From an uncultured Acidimicrobiaceae bacterium (GTDB taxonomy: Bacteria > Actinomycetota > Acidimicrobiia > Acidimicrobiales > Bog-793), in assembly GCA_963725355.1 (NCBI GenBank), contig CAVRYE010000012.1, forward strand, positions 370,488 to 434,487: 64,000 nucleotides of DNA. The letters are read 5' to 3'. Position 1 is the stretch's first letter. Each line of letters begins with the position of its first letter. The notes beneath the pieces were generated by a model. It did no database searches and was not told where the DNA came from. It was given only the letters and a program-made list of their open reading frames with translations. Shown piece after piece: positions 55,785 to 64,000 of this stretch. Made by a program: the position numbers and the translations under genes.

Positions 55785-56372
55785 GTGGCTGACAGAGAGA
55801 GAACGGCGCGCCCTGCGGGGCGCGTTTTTATTGCCCGCGCACAGGTCATGGACGCCGACGAGGTCCGAAGGGCCCTCATGCGCATCGCCCATGAGATCGT
55901 GGAGCGAAACCGGGGGCTCGCCGACGTGGTCGTCGTCGGGCTCCAGACCGGTGGCGTGCCCCTTGCGGTGAAGCTCGCCTCGATGCTCGCAGAGATCGAG
56001 GGGGCCGATGTGCCGCTCGGGTCCATAGACGTCGCCTTTTACCGCGACGACATCGGGCTTCGCCCGGTGCATCCCGAGGTGGTCACCGACCTGCCCTTCG
56101 ACATCACCGGGCGCGTCGTGGTCCTTGTCGACGACGTCCTATTCACCGGCAGGACCGTGCGCGCTGCGCTCGAGGCGCTTGCCGCCCGGGGAAGGGCTGC
56201 CGAGGTGCAGCTCGCCGTCATGGTCGACCGCGGTCACCGGGAGCTTCCCATCAGGCCCGACTTCGTTGGCAAGAACCTGCCGACGCGGCGCGACGAGAGC
56301 GTCGAGGTGAGCGACGAGGGAGTCTCCATCGGAGATCTGGTAGCACCCGAGCTGGAGAGGGGAGCCCGATGA
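55785..56372 (+). CDS. pyrR: Bifunctional pyr operon regulator/uracil phosphoribosyltransferase PyrR
   Basis: GTG 55785 lies 6 nt after [23 protein letters not shown]..., PRPP motif [13 protein letters not shown], and [14 protein letters not shown]. An alternative start at ATG 55848 would place the hairpin in the leader. Confidence 0.85.
   Translation: MADRERTARPAGRVFIARAQVMDADEVRRALMRIAHEIVERNRGLADVVVVGLQTGGVPLAVKLASMLAEIEGADVPLGSIDVAFYRDDIGLRPVHPEVVTDLPFDITGRVVVLVDDVLFTGRTVRAALEALAARGRAAEVQLAVMVDRGHRELPIRPDFVGKNLPTRRDESVEVSDEGVSIGDLVAPELERGAR
55805..55832 (+). terminator. Intrinsic-terminator-like hairpin with a U-tract at the 5' end of the pyrR reading frame
   Basis: CGCGCCC-TGCG-GGGCGCG (7-bp GC stem, 55807-55824) is followed by TTTTTATT. 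Confidence 0.45.
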
Positions 56373-57352
56373 CCCTCGACGAGCTCCTCGAGGTGCGCCG
56401 AGCCCCGGCCGCGCGGCACCTGTTGTCCATCAACGATCTCGGGCGGGAAGGGATCCTCGAGATCATGCACCTCTCCGACGCTTTTGCCGAGGTGTCCGAG
56501 CGGCCCATCCCGAAGGTGCCGGCACTTAGGGGCCGTACCGTGGCGACGGTCTTCATGGAGCCGTCCACCCGGACGCGCCTTTCCTTCGAGACGGCCGCCA
56601 AGCGCCTCTCGGCGGACACGATGACGTTCACGGCGTCCACCTCGGCCACAGTAAAGGGCGAATCGCTGCGCGACACGGTCGAGACGATCGATGCCATGGG
56701 CATCGACGCCATGGTCATCCGCCACCACGCCTCGGGGGCGCCGGCGCGGGTGACCGAGTGGATCGGGGCGAGCGTCATCAACGCCGGTGACGGCACCCAC
56801 GAGCACCCGACACAGGCCCTGCTCGACTCCTACACGATCCTCGAGACGCTCCGGGAGCGCCGGGGCGGAGAGGCCTTGGGCGATCTGAGCGGGCTGCGCA
56901 TCGCCATCGTCGGCGACATCAAGCACTCGCGCGTCGCTCGCTCTGACGTGCTCGCCTTCGCCGCCCTCGGGGCCAAGGTGGTGCTCGTAGCCCCGCCCAC
57001 GCTCATGCCGGCCTCACTGGAAGGCTGGCCCGTTGAGGCCACGGGTGACTTCGACGCCGCCCTCGGCGAGCTCGACGTCGTCTACTTGTTGAGGATCCAG
57101 GCCGAAAGGCTGGGGGAGGTGCTGCTTCCCTCGCTCGACGAGTACCACTGGCGCTACGGGCTCACCCGGGCCCGGGCCTCGGCACTCAAGAAAGACGCCC
57201 TCATCATGCACCCCGGGCCGATGATCCGGGGGGTCGAGATCTCCCCGGACGTCGCCGACCTGCCCGCTTCGTTGGTCACGCGCCAGGTGCACAACGGCGT
57301 CGTCGTGCGCATGGCCGTCCTTTTCCACCTACTCGGATCGGGGGAGATCTGA
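56369..57352 (+). CDS. pyrB: Aspartate carbamoyltransferase catalytic subunit
   Basis: [23 protein letters not shown] and HPGP motifs. Overlaps pyrR by 4 nt. Confidence 0.9.
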   Translation: MTLDELLEVRRAPAARHLLSINDLGREGILEIMHLSDAFAEVSERPIPKVPALRGRTVATVFMEPSTRTRLSFETAAKRLSADTMTFTASTSATVKGESLRDTVETIDAMGIDAMVIRHHASGAPARVTEWIGASVINAGDGTHEHPTQALLDSYTILETLRERRGGEALGDLSGLRIAIVGDIKHSRVARSDVLAFAALGAKVVLVAPPTLMPASLEGWPVEATGDFDAALGELDVVYLLRIQAERLGEVLLPSLDEYHWRYGLTRARASALKKDALIMHPGPMIRGVEISPDVADLPASLVTRQVHNGVVVRMAVLFHLLGSGEI

Positions 57353-58758
57353 TGCCCGGAGCAAGCACCCCAAAGACTCAAGCGGACCTCCTCGTGCGGG
57401 GCGGGACGATCGTCGACGAGACCGGTGAGCGCCGGGCGGACGTCCTTGTTAGCGAGGGACGCGTCGTCGCCGTCGAGCCGTCGATCGAACCTCCGCGCGG
57501 GGCCACCGTGCTCGACGCCGGAGGCTGCTTTGTCTCGCCCGGGCTTGTAGACCTGCACGCCCACCTGCGCGAGCCGGGCGGAGAGATCGCAGAGACCGTC
57601 GAGTCCGGATCGCGCGCCGGAGCCCTGGGCGGCTACACGGCACTTGTCGCGATGCCCAACACCGAGCCCGCCATCGACTCGGCAGCCGTCGCCCGTGACG
57701 TGCTCGCCCTAGGTCAAAAGGCCGTCACCGAGATCGCCGTCGCGGGGGCGGTCACAGTCGGTCGCCGAGGCGAGCGCCTCTCGCCGATGGGCGAGCTGGC
57801 CGAGCTCGGCGTGCGCATATTCACCGACGACGGCAGCGGCGTGCAGAACGGTGGCCTTATGCGCCGTGCGCTCGAGTACGCCTCCGGCCTGGGCGTGGTC
57901 CTTGCCGAGCACTGCGAGGACGTGCAACTGGCAGCTGGCGGACAGATGCACGAAGGCGCCTGGTCGAGCCGGCTCGGGATCGCCGGCCAGCCGGCGCTCG
58001 CCGAGGAGGTGATGCTCAGCCGTGACCTGGCCCTCGTGGCCTTGACGGGCACGCCCATGCACTTTTTGCACTTGTCGACGGCTGGCTCTGTCGAGATGGT
58101 CCGGGCCGCCAAGGCGGCGGGGCTTCCCGTCACCGCCGAGGTGACGCCGCATCATCTGGCGCTGAGCGATGCCGTCTTGCAGGGCTACGACCCGGTCTTC
58201 AAGGTCAAGCCGCCCCTTCGCGGGGTCGCCGACGTCACCGCCTTGCGGGCGGGGCTCACAAGTGGCGTCATCGACGCCATCGCCACCGACCACGCGCCTC
58301 ATGCCCCCGAGCGCAAAGAGGAGCCTTTCGACGAGGCACCCTCCGGCATGCTCGGCCTGGAGACGGCGCTCGCCGTCGCTTACGGCGCCCTCTGCCTGGC
58401 CCCCGGACAAAGCGACGAGCAGGCCGACTCCGGCTGGGTGCCACCAGGCCCTGGCCCGGGCGTACCGCTCGGCGAGCTGTTCGGCTGGTTCTCCTGGAAG
58501 CCGGCTCGTATCGCCGGGCTTTATGAGGAGGCAGAGGGCCCGCTCGGCCGTCGTGGTGGCCAGGGCGGTCCCATAAACCCCGGGGCACTCGCGCACCTGT
58601 GCGTGTTCGACCCGAGCGCGACATGGGTCGTCGACCCCGCCGCCCAGGCCAGCCGCAGTCACAACACGGCCTGGGCGGGCCGCAGCCTCACCGGCAAAGT
58701 GCGCCACAGCGTGCTCGCGGGCGAGGTAGTGGTCCTCGACGGGAAGGCCCAGCGATGA
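57352..58758 (+). CDS. pyrC: Dihydroorotase (long form)
   Basis: PGLVDLHAHLREPG, a metal-binding His pattern, and ATDHAPH. The start overlaps the pyrB stop. Confidence 0.85.
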   Translation: MPGASTPKTQADLLVRGGTIVDETGERRADVLVSEGRVVAVEPSIEPPRGATVLDAGGCFVSPGLVDLHAHLREPGGEIAETVESGSRAGALGGYTALVAMPNTEPAIDSAAVARDVLALGQKAVTEIAVAGAVTVGRRGERLSPMGELAELGVRIFTDDGSGVQNGGLMRRALEYASGLGVVLAEHCEDVQLAAGGQMHEGAWSSRLGIAGQPALAEEVMLSRDLALVALTGTPMHFLHLSTAGSVEMVRAAKAAGLPVTAEVTPHHLALSDAVLQGYDPVFKVKPPLRGVADVTALRAGLTSGVIDAIATDHAPHAPERKEEPFDEAPSGMLGLETALAVAYGALCLAPGQSDEQADSGWVPPGPGPGVPLGELFGWFSWKPARIAGLYEEAEGPLGRRGGQGGPINPGALAHLCVFDPSATWVVDPAAQASRSHNTAWAGRSLTGKVRHSVLAGEVVVLDGKAQR

Positions 58759-58798
58759 GGCCGGGCACAGGGTCAAACAGGGCGGCCGGCGCCCGGCC

Positions 58799-59761
58799 GT
58801 GAGGCGTCACCAGCCCAAAGGTGAGGTCGACCTCGCGACGTCGGTCGCGAGCGTCGACCTCACCTCGCCGGTGATGACGGCCTCGGGCACAGCCGGGCAC
58901 GGCGCCGAGCTCGGCGCCTATGTCGAGCTGGGCTCCATCGGCGCAGTCGTCGTCAAGTCGCTCGCTTGCTATCCCTGGGCGGGCAATCCGAGCCCTCGGG
59001 TGTGCCCGGTCCCGGGCGGAATGTTGAACAGCGTCGGCCTGCAGGGCCCGGGCGTGGAGGCGTGGCTAGCCGACGAGCTCCCGGCCCTTAAGGCCGCAGG
59101 CGCGAACGTCGTGGTGAGCATCTGGGGGCGCCGGGTCGAGGACTACGCGGCGGCGGCGTCGCTGCTCTCGAGCGCGCCGGCTTGCGTCGTCGCCGTCGAG
59201 GTGAACGTCAGCTGCCCGAACCTCGAGGACCGAAGCCGTATGTTCGCCCACTCGCCCTCGGCGACGGGCGAGGCCGTGTCCGCCTCGGCGGCCTGCGGGC
59301 GGCCGCTTTGGGCCAAGCTCTCGCCGAACACCTCCGAGCTCGTCTTGGTCGCACAAGCGGCGCTCGCGAATGGGGCCGAGGCCCTGACGCTCACGAACAC
59401 CTTGCTCGGACTGGCGATCGACACCGAGCGGCGGGTGCCGGTGCTCGGGGCCGGGGGCGGCGGACTGTCGGGCGACGCCCTCCACTCAGTCGCGCTGCGC
59501 GCCGTGTACGAGTGCCGGGCGGCCTTCCCCGACTGCGGCATCGTCGGGGTGGGCGGCATTCGCGACGGCGAGGGAGCAGTGCGCATGCTGCTCGCCGGGG
59601 CCGATGCCATTGAGGTGGGCACAGCCAGCCTGGCTGATCCCAGGGCCGTCGCCCGCGTCCAGGCCGAGCTCGTTTCGTGGTGCGAGCGCCACGAGGTCAC
59701 CGCGGTGCGAGACCTGGTCGGGGCGGCCAACGACAAATGGGTGAAAGGCGGCAGGACATGA
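58799..59761 (+). CDS. pyrD: Dihydroorotate dehydrogenase, class 1 type catalytic subunit
   Basis: LTSPVMTASGTAG, NSVGLQGPG, EVNVSCPN, and GGIRDGEGAVRMLLAGADAIEVGTA. Confidence 0.8.
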   Translation: MRRHQPKGEVDLATSVASVDLTSPVMTASGTAGHGAELGAYVELGSIGAVVVKSLACYPWAGNPSPRVCPVPGGMLNSVGLQGPGVEAWLADELPALKAAGANVVVSIWGRRVEDYAAAASLLSSAPACVVAVEVNVSCPNLEDRSRMFAHSPSATGEAVSASAACGRPLWAKLSPNTSELVLVAQAALANGAEALTLTNTLLGLAIDTERRVPVLGAGGGGLSGDALHSVALRAVYECRAAFPDCGIVGVGGIRDGEGAVRMLLAGADAIEVGTASLADPRAVARVQAELVSWCERHEVTAVRDLVGAANDKWVKGGRT

Positions 59762-60520
59762 GCTCTCCAGATGGCAACACGGCGGTGCGCGAGCGGCTCG
59801 TGCTCGCCCTCGACGTGCCGGGCCTGGACGAGGCCGTCGAGCTCGCTGATCGCATGCGCCCGTGGTTCGGTGTCGTGAAGGTCGGTCTCGAGCTCTTCTC
59901 CGCCGAAGGCCCGCTCGCCGTGGACACCTTGCTGGACGCGGGGTTTCGGGTCTTTTTGGACCTGAAGCTGCACGACATCCCGACCACGGTCCGCCGGGCA
60001 GCGCACCGGATCGGGTCGCTCGGAGTGTCCTATGCCACCGTGCACGCGGCCGGGGGCGGACAGATGCTGAAGGCGGCCGTGGAGGGCTTCGAGGAGGGCT
60101 GGGCGACGGCGGTCGCTAACGGCCAGCCCGACCCCCAGGCGGGAAGCGCCGGGATCCTGGCGGTGACCGTGCTGACGAGCGAGCCCGATGCCGACAGCGC
60201 CCTCGTCGCTAGGCGCGGCATCGCTCGCGGTGCTCGCGGGCTGCCTCGGTGTCGTCTGCGCGGCGTCAGACCTGGCGGTCGTCGCCGGGCGGGGGCCAGA
60301 GCTCGTCACGGCCGTACCAGGGATCCGCCTAAAGGGTGCCTCCCTCGATGACCAGGCGAGGGCCGCCACTCCTGCGGTTGCCGTTCGTGACGGGGCGGAC
60401 CTCCTCGTCGTCGGGAGGACCGTGACCGGCGCCGAGGCGCCCGAGCGCGCCGCCCGGCAGCTCACAGACGAGGTGCTGGCCGCGATCGAAGGCGGCGCTT
60501 TCGGCCCTGCCCAGGCGTGA
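59758..60520 (+). pseudogene. pyrF: Orotidine-5'-phosphate decarboxylase, interrupted by an apparent frameshift in 60176-60215
   Basis: ATG 59758 overlaps the pyrD stop (ATGA). Frame 1 gives LVLALDV...DLKLHDIPTTV...ILAVTVLTSEPDADSA and then nonsense. Frame 2 is open from 60176 and gives ...LAVLAGCLGVVCAASD...VPGIRL...DDQARAATP...GADLLVVGRTV. Confidence 0.8.
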
Positions 60521-60682
60521 GAATCCTCCCAACAACCTCTCACCGGGTGCCGGGGAACCTTGTAGAAATGTTACGAGTGGACTACGGTAGGCACGACGGT
60601 TTCTCGCCCTGGGGGGCGACTGCCCCTTTGTCAACCACGGAATAGTCCAAGAGAGCAACTTGATCAGGAGGTCTGGGCGTCT

Positions 60683-62653
60683 ATGTTACGAAAGCACAAG
60701 TTAGGCAAGCTCGCAGTTTTGGGCACGGCGGTCGCATGCGCCGTCTTCGTGCTCGCTGTCGGTGCGACGAGCTTCGCGAGCACTGCCAAGACAAGCAGCG
60801 CGCAGAAGACCCACACCGTGAGGATCCAGGGAGGAACGCTCACTCTGGCAGAGGCTGCCGCCGGCGGACCGAACTACATCTTCCCGATGATGCCCGGCAC
60901 CTACTTCAGCGTTTCCAACTTCCAGCTCATCTACGAGCTGTACCGTCCCCTTTACTGGTTCGGCCTCGGCAACACGCCGAACCTGAACCTGAACCTTTCC
61001 CTGGCCAAGGCGCCGGTTTACACAAACGGCGGCCGGACGGTCACCATCAGCCTCAAGAACTACAAGTGGAGCGACGGCCAGGCTGTCACAGCCCAAGACG
61101 TCCTGTTCTGGATGAACCTGCTGAAGGCGAACGCCACCAGCTGGGGTGGATTTGCCCCTGGACCGGGCCAGTTCCCCGGTGACGTCACCAACGTCGTCGC
61201 CCCGAACAAGTCCACGGTCATCTTCAGCCTCGATGGCAGCTACAGCTCGTACTGGTTCACCTACAACGAGCTGAGCCAGGTCTCGCCCCTGCCCATCGCC
61301 TGGGACATCACCAGCGCCGGCGCTAAGGGCGGATCGGGCGGATGTTCGACGGCCTCTTTCAAGGCGATCACGACCTCGTTCAACTCGGCCGGGGCACTCG
61401 TCGACGACTCGGCTGCCGCCAAGGCATGCGGTGCTGTGTACGCCTTCTTGTCCGGCAAGACCGAAGCCGGCGATCTTGGCACCTATGCCACCAACCGGCT
61501 CTGGAAGATCGTTGACGGCCCGTTCACCTTGACCCAGTACGACGCCACCGACAACGGTGCGACGCTCGTGCCGAACGCCTCTTACGCAGGCCCGGTCAAG
61601 TCTTCGCTCGACAAGCTCGTCTACGCCCCCTTCACCACCGATGCTTCGGAGTTCTTGGAGCTGCAGGGCGGCAACTCGATCAACATCGGCTATGTCCCGC
61701 CCCAAGACCTGCCCCGCTACACCGGCGCGGCCTTCTCGAAGGACGGCAGCCCGCTAGCTGGTAAGAACAACGCTCAGCTGGCCAGCAAGTACAACCTCGA
61801 CCCGGTGTACCCCTGGGGCGTCAACTACTTCGCCCTCAACTACACCAACTCGGCTGACGCACCGATCTTCAAGCAGCTCTACATCCGCCAGGCCATGCAG
61901 TCGCTCATGAACCAGTCGTTGTGGATTCAGCTCTACAACGCTGGCTACGGCGCCCCCACCTACGGCCCGGTGCCGGTGTTCCCGCCGACGGACCTCGTCA
62001 CCAAGACCGAGACCACCAACCCGTACCCCTACAGCCCCTCGCACGCCATCAGCCTGCTCAAGTCGCATGGCTGGAACGTCGTGCCGAACGGCGTAACGAC
62101 CTGCAGCGACCCGTCCAAGTGTGGGGCTGGCATCGCCAAGGGCGCCCAGCTCGAGTGGAACTACCTCTACTACAACGGGGCGGTCTCCTTCGACAACCAG
62201 ATCAAGGAGATGGCGACCACGTGGGAGCAGGCCGGCATCAAGCTGAACCTTGAGGGCAAGAACTTCGGCGATGTCATCAGCACCTCCTTCACGCCTTGTG
62301 TTGCGGGCAAGTCCTGCCCGTGGGACATCGCCAACTGGGGCGGTGGCTGGATCTACTCGCCTGACTTCTACCCAACTGGTGAGGAAATCTGGGCTACCGG
62401 GGCCGGCTCGAACGCAGGCCAGTACTCCGACCCGACGGCCGACAAGCTCATCCAGGCGACCAACAAGTCATCGTCGCTGACGGCCCTTTACACCTACGAG
62501 AACTACCTCGCCGAGCAGCTGCCGGTCATCTGGCAGCCGGAGACGGCCCTGCAGTTCAACGAGGTCAGCAAGGACGTGTGCGGCTTCACGCCTCAGAACC
62601 CGAACTTCAGCTGGGAAGCTGAGAACTGGTACTTCTGCAAGACGGTCAAGTAG
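60683..62653 (+). CDS. ABC transporter substrate-binding protein, family 5 (peptide/nickel type)
   Basis: 656 aa with signal peptide MLRKHKLGKLAVLGTAVACAVFVLAVGATSFA. Family-5 SBP-like core (YELYRPLYWF..., ...YPYSPSHAISLLKSHGW). Confidence 0.85.
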   Translation: MLRKHKLGKLAVLGTAVACAVFVLAVGATSFASTAKTSSAQKTHTVRIQGGTLTLAEAAAGGPNYIFPMMPGTYFSVSNFQLIYELYRPLYWFGLGNTPNLNLNLSLAKAPVYTNGGRTVTISLKNYKWSDGQAVTAQDVLFWMNLLKANATSWGGFAPGPGQFPGDVTNVVAPNKSTVIFSLDGSYSSYWFTYNELSQVSPLPIAWDITSAGAKGGSGGCSTASFKAITTSFNSAGALVDDSAAAKACGAVYAFLSGKTEAGDLGTYATNRLWKIVDGPFTLTQYDATDNGATLVPNASYAGPVKSSLDKLVYAPFTTDASEFLELQGGNSINIGYVPPQDLPRYTGAAFSKDGSPLAGKNNAQLASKYNLDPVYPWGVNYFALNYTNSADAPIFKQLYIRQAMQSLMNQSLWIQLYNAGYGAPTYGPVPVFPPTDLVTKTETTNPYPYSPSHAISLLKSHGWNVVPNGVTTCSDPSKCGAGIAKGAQLEWNYLYYNGAVSFDNQIKEMATTWEQAGIKLNLEGKNFGDVISTSFTPCVAGKSCPWDIANWGGGWIYSPDFYPTGEEIWATGAGSNAGQYSDPTADKLIQATNKSSSLTALYTYENYLAEQLPVIWQPETALQFNEVSKDVCGFTPQNPNFSWEAENWYFCKTVK

Positions 62654-62704
62654 CCCGACAGCAGTCCTGTCCCGTCGCCTAGGCGGGGCACATAAAGACG
62701 TTTG

Positions 62705-62736
62705 CCCCGGGCCACGGCGAGAGTCGTGGCCCGGGG
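62705..62736 (+). terminator. Intercistronic stem-loop after the SBP gene (attenuator or mRNA-stabiliser type, no U-tract)
   Basis: CCCCGGGCCACG-GCGAGAGT-CGTGGCCCGGGG is a perfect 12-bp stem, 52 nt after the SBP stop. Confidence 0.5.
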
Positions 62737-62880
62737 TGCACGTATGGGTGGTGTAGGTCGGCCCCGCTGCCATCGCCAAGTCCGCCGGGCTGACAAAACC
62801 GGCACAGGGGCCGCCTGTTAGCATCATGGGCCGGGGACGGGACTCGGCACGGCGTCTGGCTTGGGGCAAGGAGTAGCGCA

Positions 62881-63837
62881 TTGATCGGCTACCTGATTCG
62901 AAGGGTAATCCAGGCAGTCATCGTCATTATCGGCGTCTGTCTCATCACCTTCGGCCTTTATCACCTGTTCCCCGGTGGGTCCACGTCCGAGGCCCGCATC
63001 ATCCTCGGGGCCAGGGCCACCCAGCCCCAGATAAACCAGTTCATCGTCGCCAACGGCTTGAACAAGCCAATCTGGACCCAGTTCTTCGTCCTAGTCGGCC
63101 ACGTCTTCACCTTCAACCTCGGCTACTCCTACAAGCTCAACGAGCCGGTATCGACTGTCGTCTTGCAAAAACTGCCGAAGACGGTTCTCTTGCTGGGCCT
63201 CTCAACGCTGCTTACGGTCATAGTCGCCATACCCCTCGGGATATTCCAGGTGCTGCGGCGCAACAAGCCTTCCGACTATGCCCTAACGACGCTCTCTTTC
63301 ATCTTCTACGCCACGCCGACGTTCTTCCTCGGCATAGTGCTTATTGAGGTCTTCGCCATCCACTGGCACATCTTCCCCCCCGAGGCGCCCCAGTCGGCCG
63401 CCATCGGGCAGATCCTCGCCGACTGGCGCGGTCTCGTCCTGCCGGTGGTGACGCTCGCCGCGGTCTATATAGCGGGCTTCAGCCGCTACATGCGGTCCTC
63501 GATGATGGAGGCCCTCACGGAGGACTACGTGCGGACCGCAAAGGCCAAGGGGCTCTCCGCGAGGCGCGTCAACTACGTTCATGCGCTTCGCAACGCGCTC
63601 ATCCCGATCATCACCCTTTTGGGCCTCACATTGCCGGCGATCGTGAGCGGCGCCCTCATCACAGAGTCGGTGTTCAACTACCCGGGTATGGGCCTCGCCT
63701 TTTTCAACGCAGCGATAAACAACGACTTCCCCCTCCTCATCGGCACGGTGGTCGTTGCCGCAATGGCGACTGTCGTCGGGTCGCTTCTCGCCGACATCTT
63801 GTACGCCGTGCTAGACCCGAGGATCCGCTATGTCTGA
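62881..63837 (+). CDS. ABC transporter permease (DppB/OppB type)
   Basis: TTG start. MIGYLIRRVIQAVIVIIGVCLITFGL..., EAA-loop region YVRTAKAKGLSARRV, and C-terminal DPRIRY. Confidence 0.85.
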   Translation: MIGYLIRRVIQAVIVIIGVCLITFGLYHLFPGGSTSEARIILGARATQPQINQFIVANGLNKPIWTQFFVLVGHVFTFNLGYSYKLNEPVSTVVLQKLPKTVLLLGLSTLLTVIVAIPLGIFQVLRRNKPSDYALTTLSFIFYATPTFFLGIVLIEVFAIHWHIFPPEAPQSAAIGQILADWRGLVLPVVTLAAVYIAGFSRYMRSSMMEALTEDYVRTAKAKGLSARRVNYVHALRNALIPIITLLGLTLPAIVSGALITESVFNYPGMGLAFFNAAINNDFPLLIGTVVVAAMATVVGSLLADILYAVLDPRIRYV

Positions 63838-63879
63838 CGCCCTCTTGCTAGCTAGGGACCTCTCCACCTCGGAGCTGGG

Positions 63880-64000
63880 ATGATCCCCCTCACGGGCGAG
63901 TCGCCCGACCAGGTGGTGACTGACAGCCAGGGCGACCAGAGTGAGCCGCCCAGCCTGGCGGCCGCGGCCCTTGAGGTCACCGAGGGGGGCGAGGCGGGTG
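63880..64000 (+). CDS. Possible 5' end of the second ABC permease (DppC/OppC type), truncated by the window end
   Basis: The frame is open from ATG 63880 to the window end (MIPLTGESPDQVV...). The call rests only on position after the DppB-like gene, and no diagnostic sequence is visible yet. Confidence 0.3.
   Translation, partial: MIPLTGESPDQVVTDSQGDQSEPPSLAAAALEVTEGGEAG

Noticed and set aside
59143-61705. Long minus ORFs 59143..60543 (466 aa) and 60701..61705 (334 aa).
   Set aside because: They are antisense to pyrD/pyrF and to the SBP gene respectively, and they have low-complexity composition.
63831-63884. A 17-codon ORF starting at an ATG that overlaps the permease stop (MSDALLLARDLSTSELG), considered as the start of the second permease.
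   Set aside because: It terminates after 17 codons. It could be the true DppC-type start disrupted by yet another indel, but there is too little sequence before the window end to decide.
1-64000. A search by eye for CRISPR arrays, tRNA/rRNA genes, and defence-system hallmarks (Cas, restriction-modification, toxin-antitoxin pairs, Abi, retron RT).
   Set aside because: I found no regularly spaced direct repeats, no tRNA cloverleaf or T-arm consensus (GGTTCGANTCC), and no proteins with such signatures. The absence is based on visual inspection only.

Overview
This is a GC-rich chromosomal segment with typical actinobacterial housekeeping synteny. The conserved blocks are aroK-aroB-aroQ-M24 peptidase-efp-nusB-pyrR-pyrB-pyrC-pyrD-pyrF, menE/menB-menA/menH/menD, tyrS, dnaE, and the histidine-phosphatase/DUF3090/SCO1664 triad. 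Two accessory surface-structure islands sit inside it. (i) About 3.3-17.1 kb is a glycan/O-antigen-like cluster built on a CDP-hexose pathway. It has a C-methyltransferase, an RmlC-like cupin, a reductase, a CmcI-type methyltransferase, three glycosyltransferases, a Wzx-type flippase, a priming phosphotransferase and a Wzy/O-antigen-ligase-like membrane protein. (ii) About 17.2-32.5 kb is a Gram-positive-style type IV pilus locus: pilin, PilO, a PilM-PilN fusion, PilC, a PilT core carrying a PilB-type N-domain, PilB, PilD and a second PilT. This locus is split by an intact IS21-family element (18344-20958), whose inverted repeats and 5-bp GCCCT target duplication can be read directly. Next to the IS lies about 1.2 kb of less GC-rich, low-confidence sequence with HUH-like motifs. 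At least five genes (GT4, priming transferase, pilB, dnaE, pyrF) are broken by single frameshifts. dnaE and pyrF are core genes and two of the lesions sit in 3-nt homopolymers, so consensus indel error is the leading explanation and all pseudogene calls are provisional. Regulatory elements visible by eye are a PyrR-binding loop plus terminator-like hairpin at pyrR, a pilin terminator hairpin, a triple DnaA-box-like palindrome upstream of dnaE, and intercistronic hairpins. I found no rRNA, tRNA, CRISPR array or recognisable defence system. I cannot point to a convincing wholly new system; the best novelty candidates are listed in the findings with modest scores.
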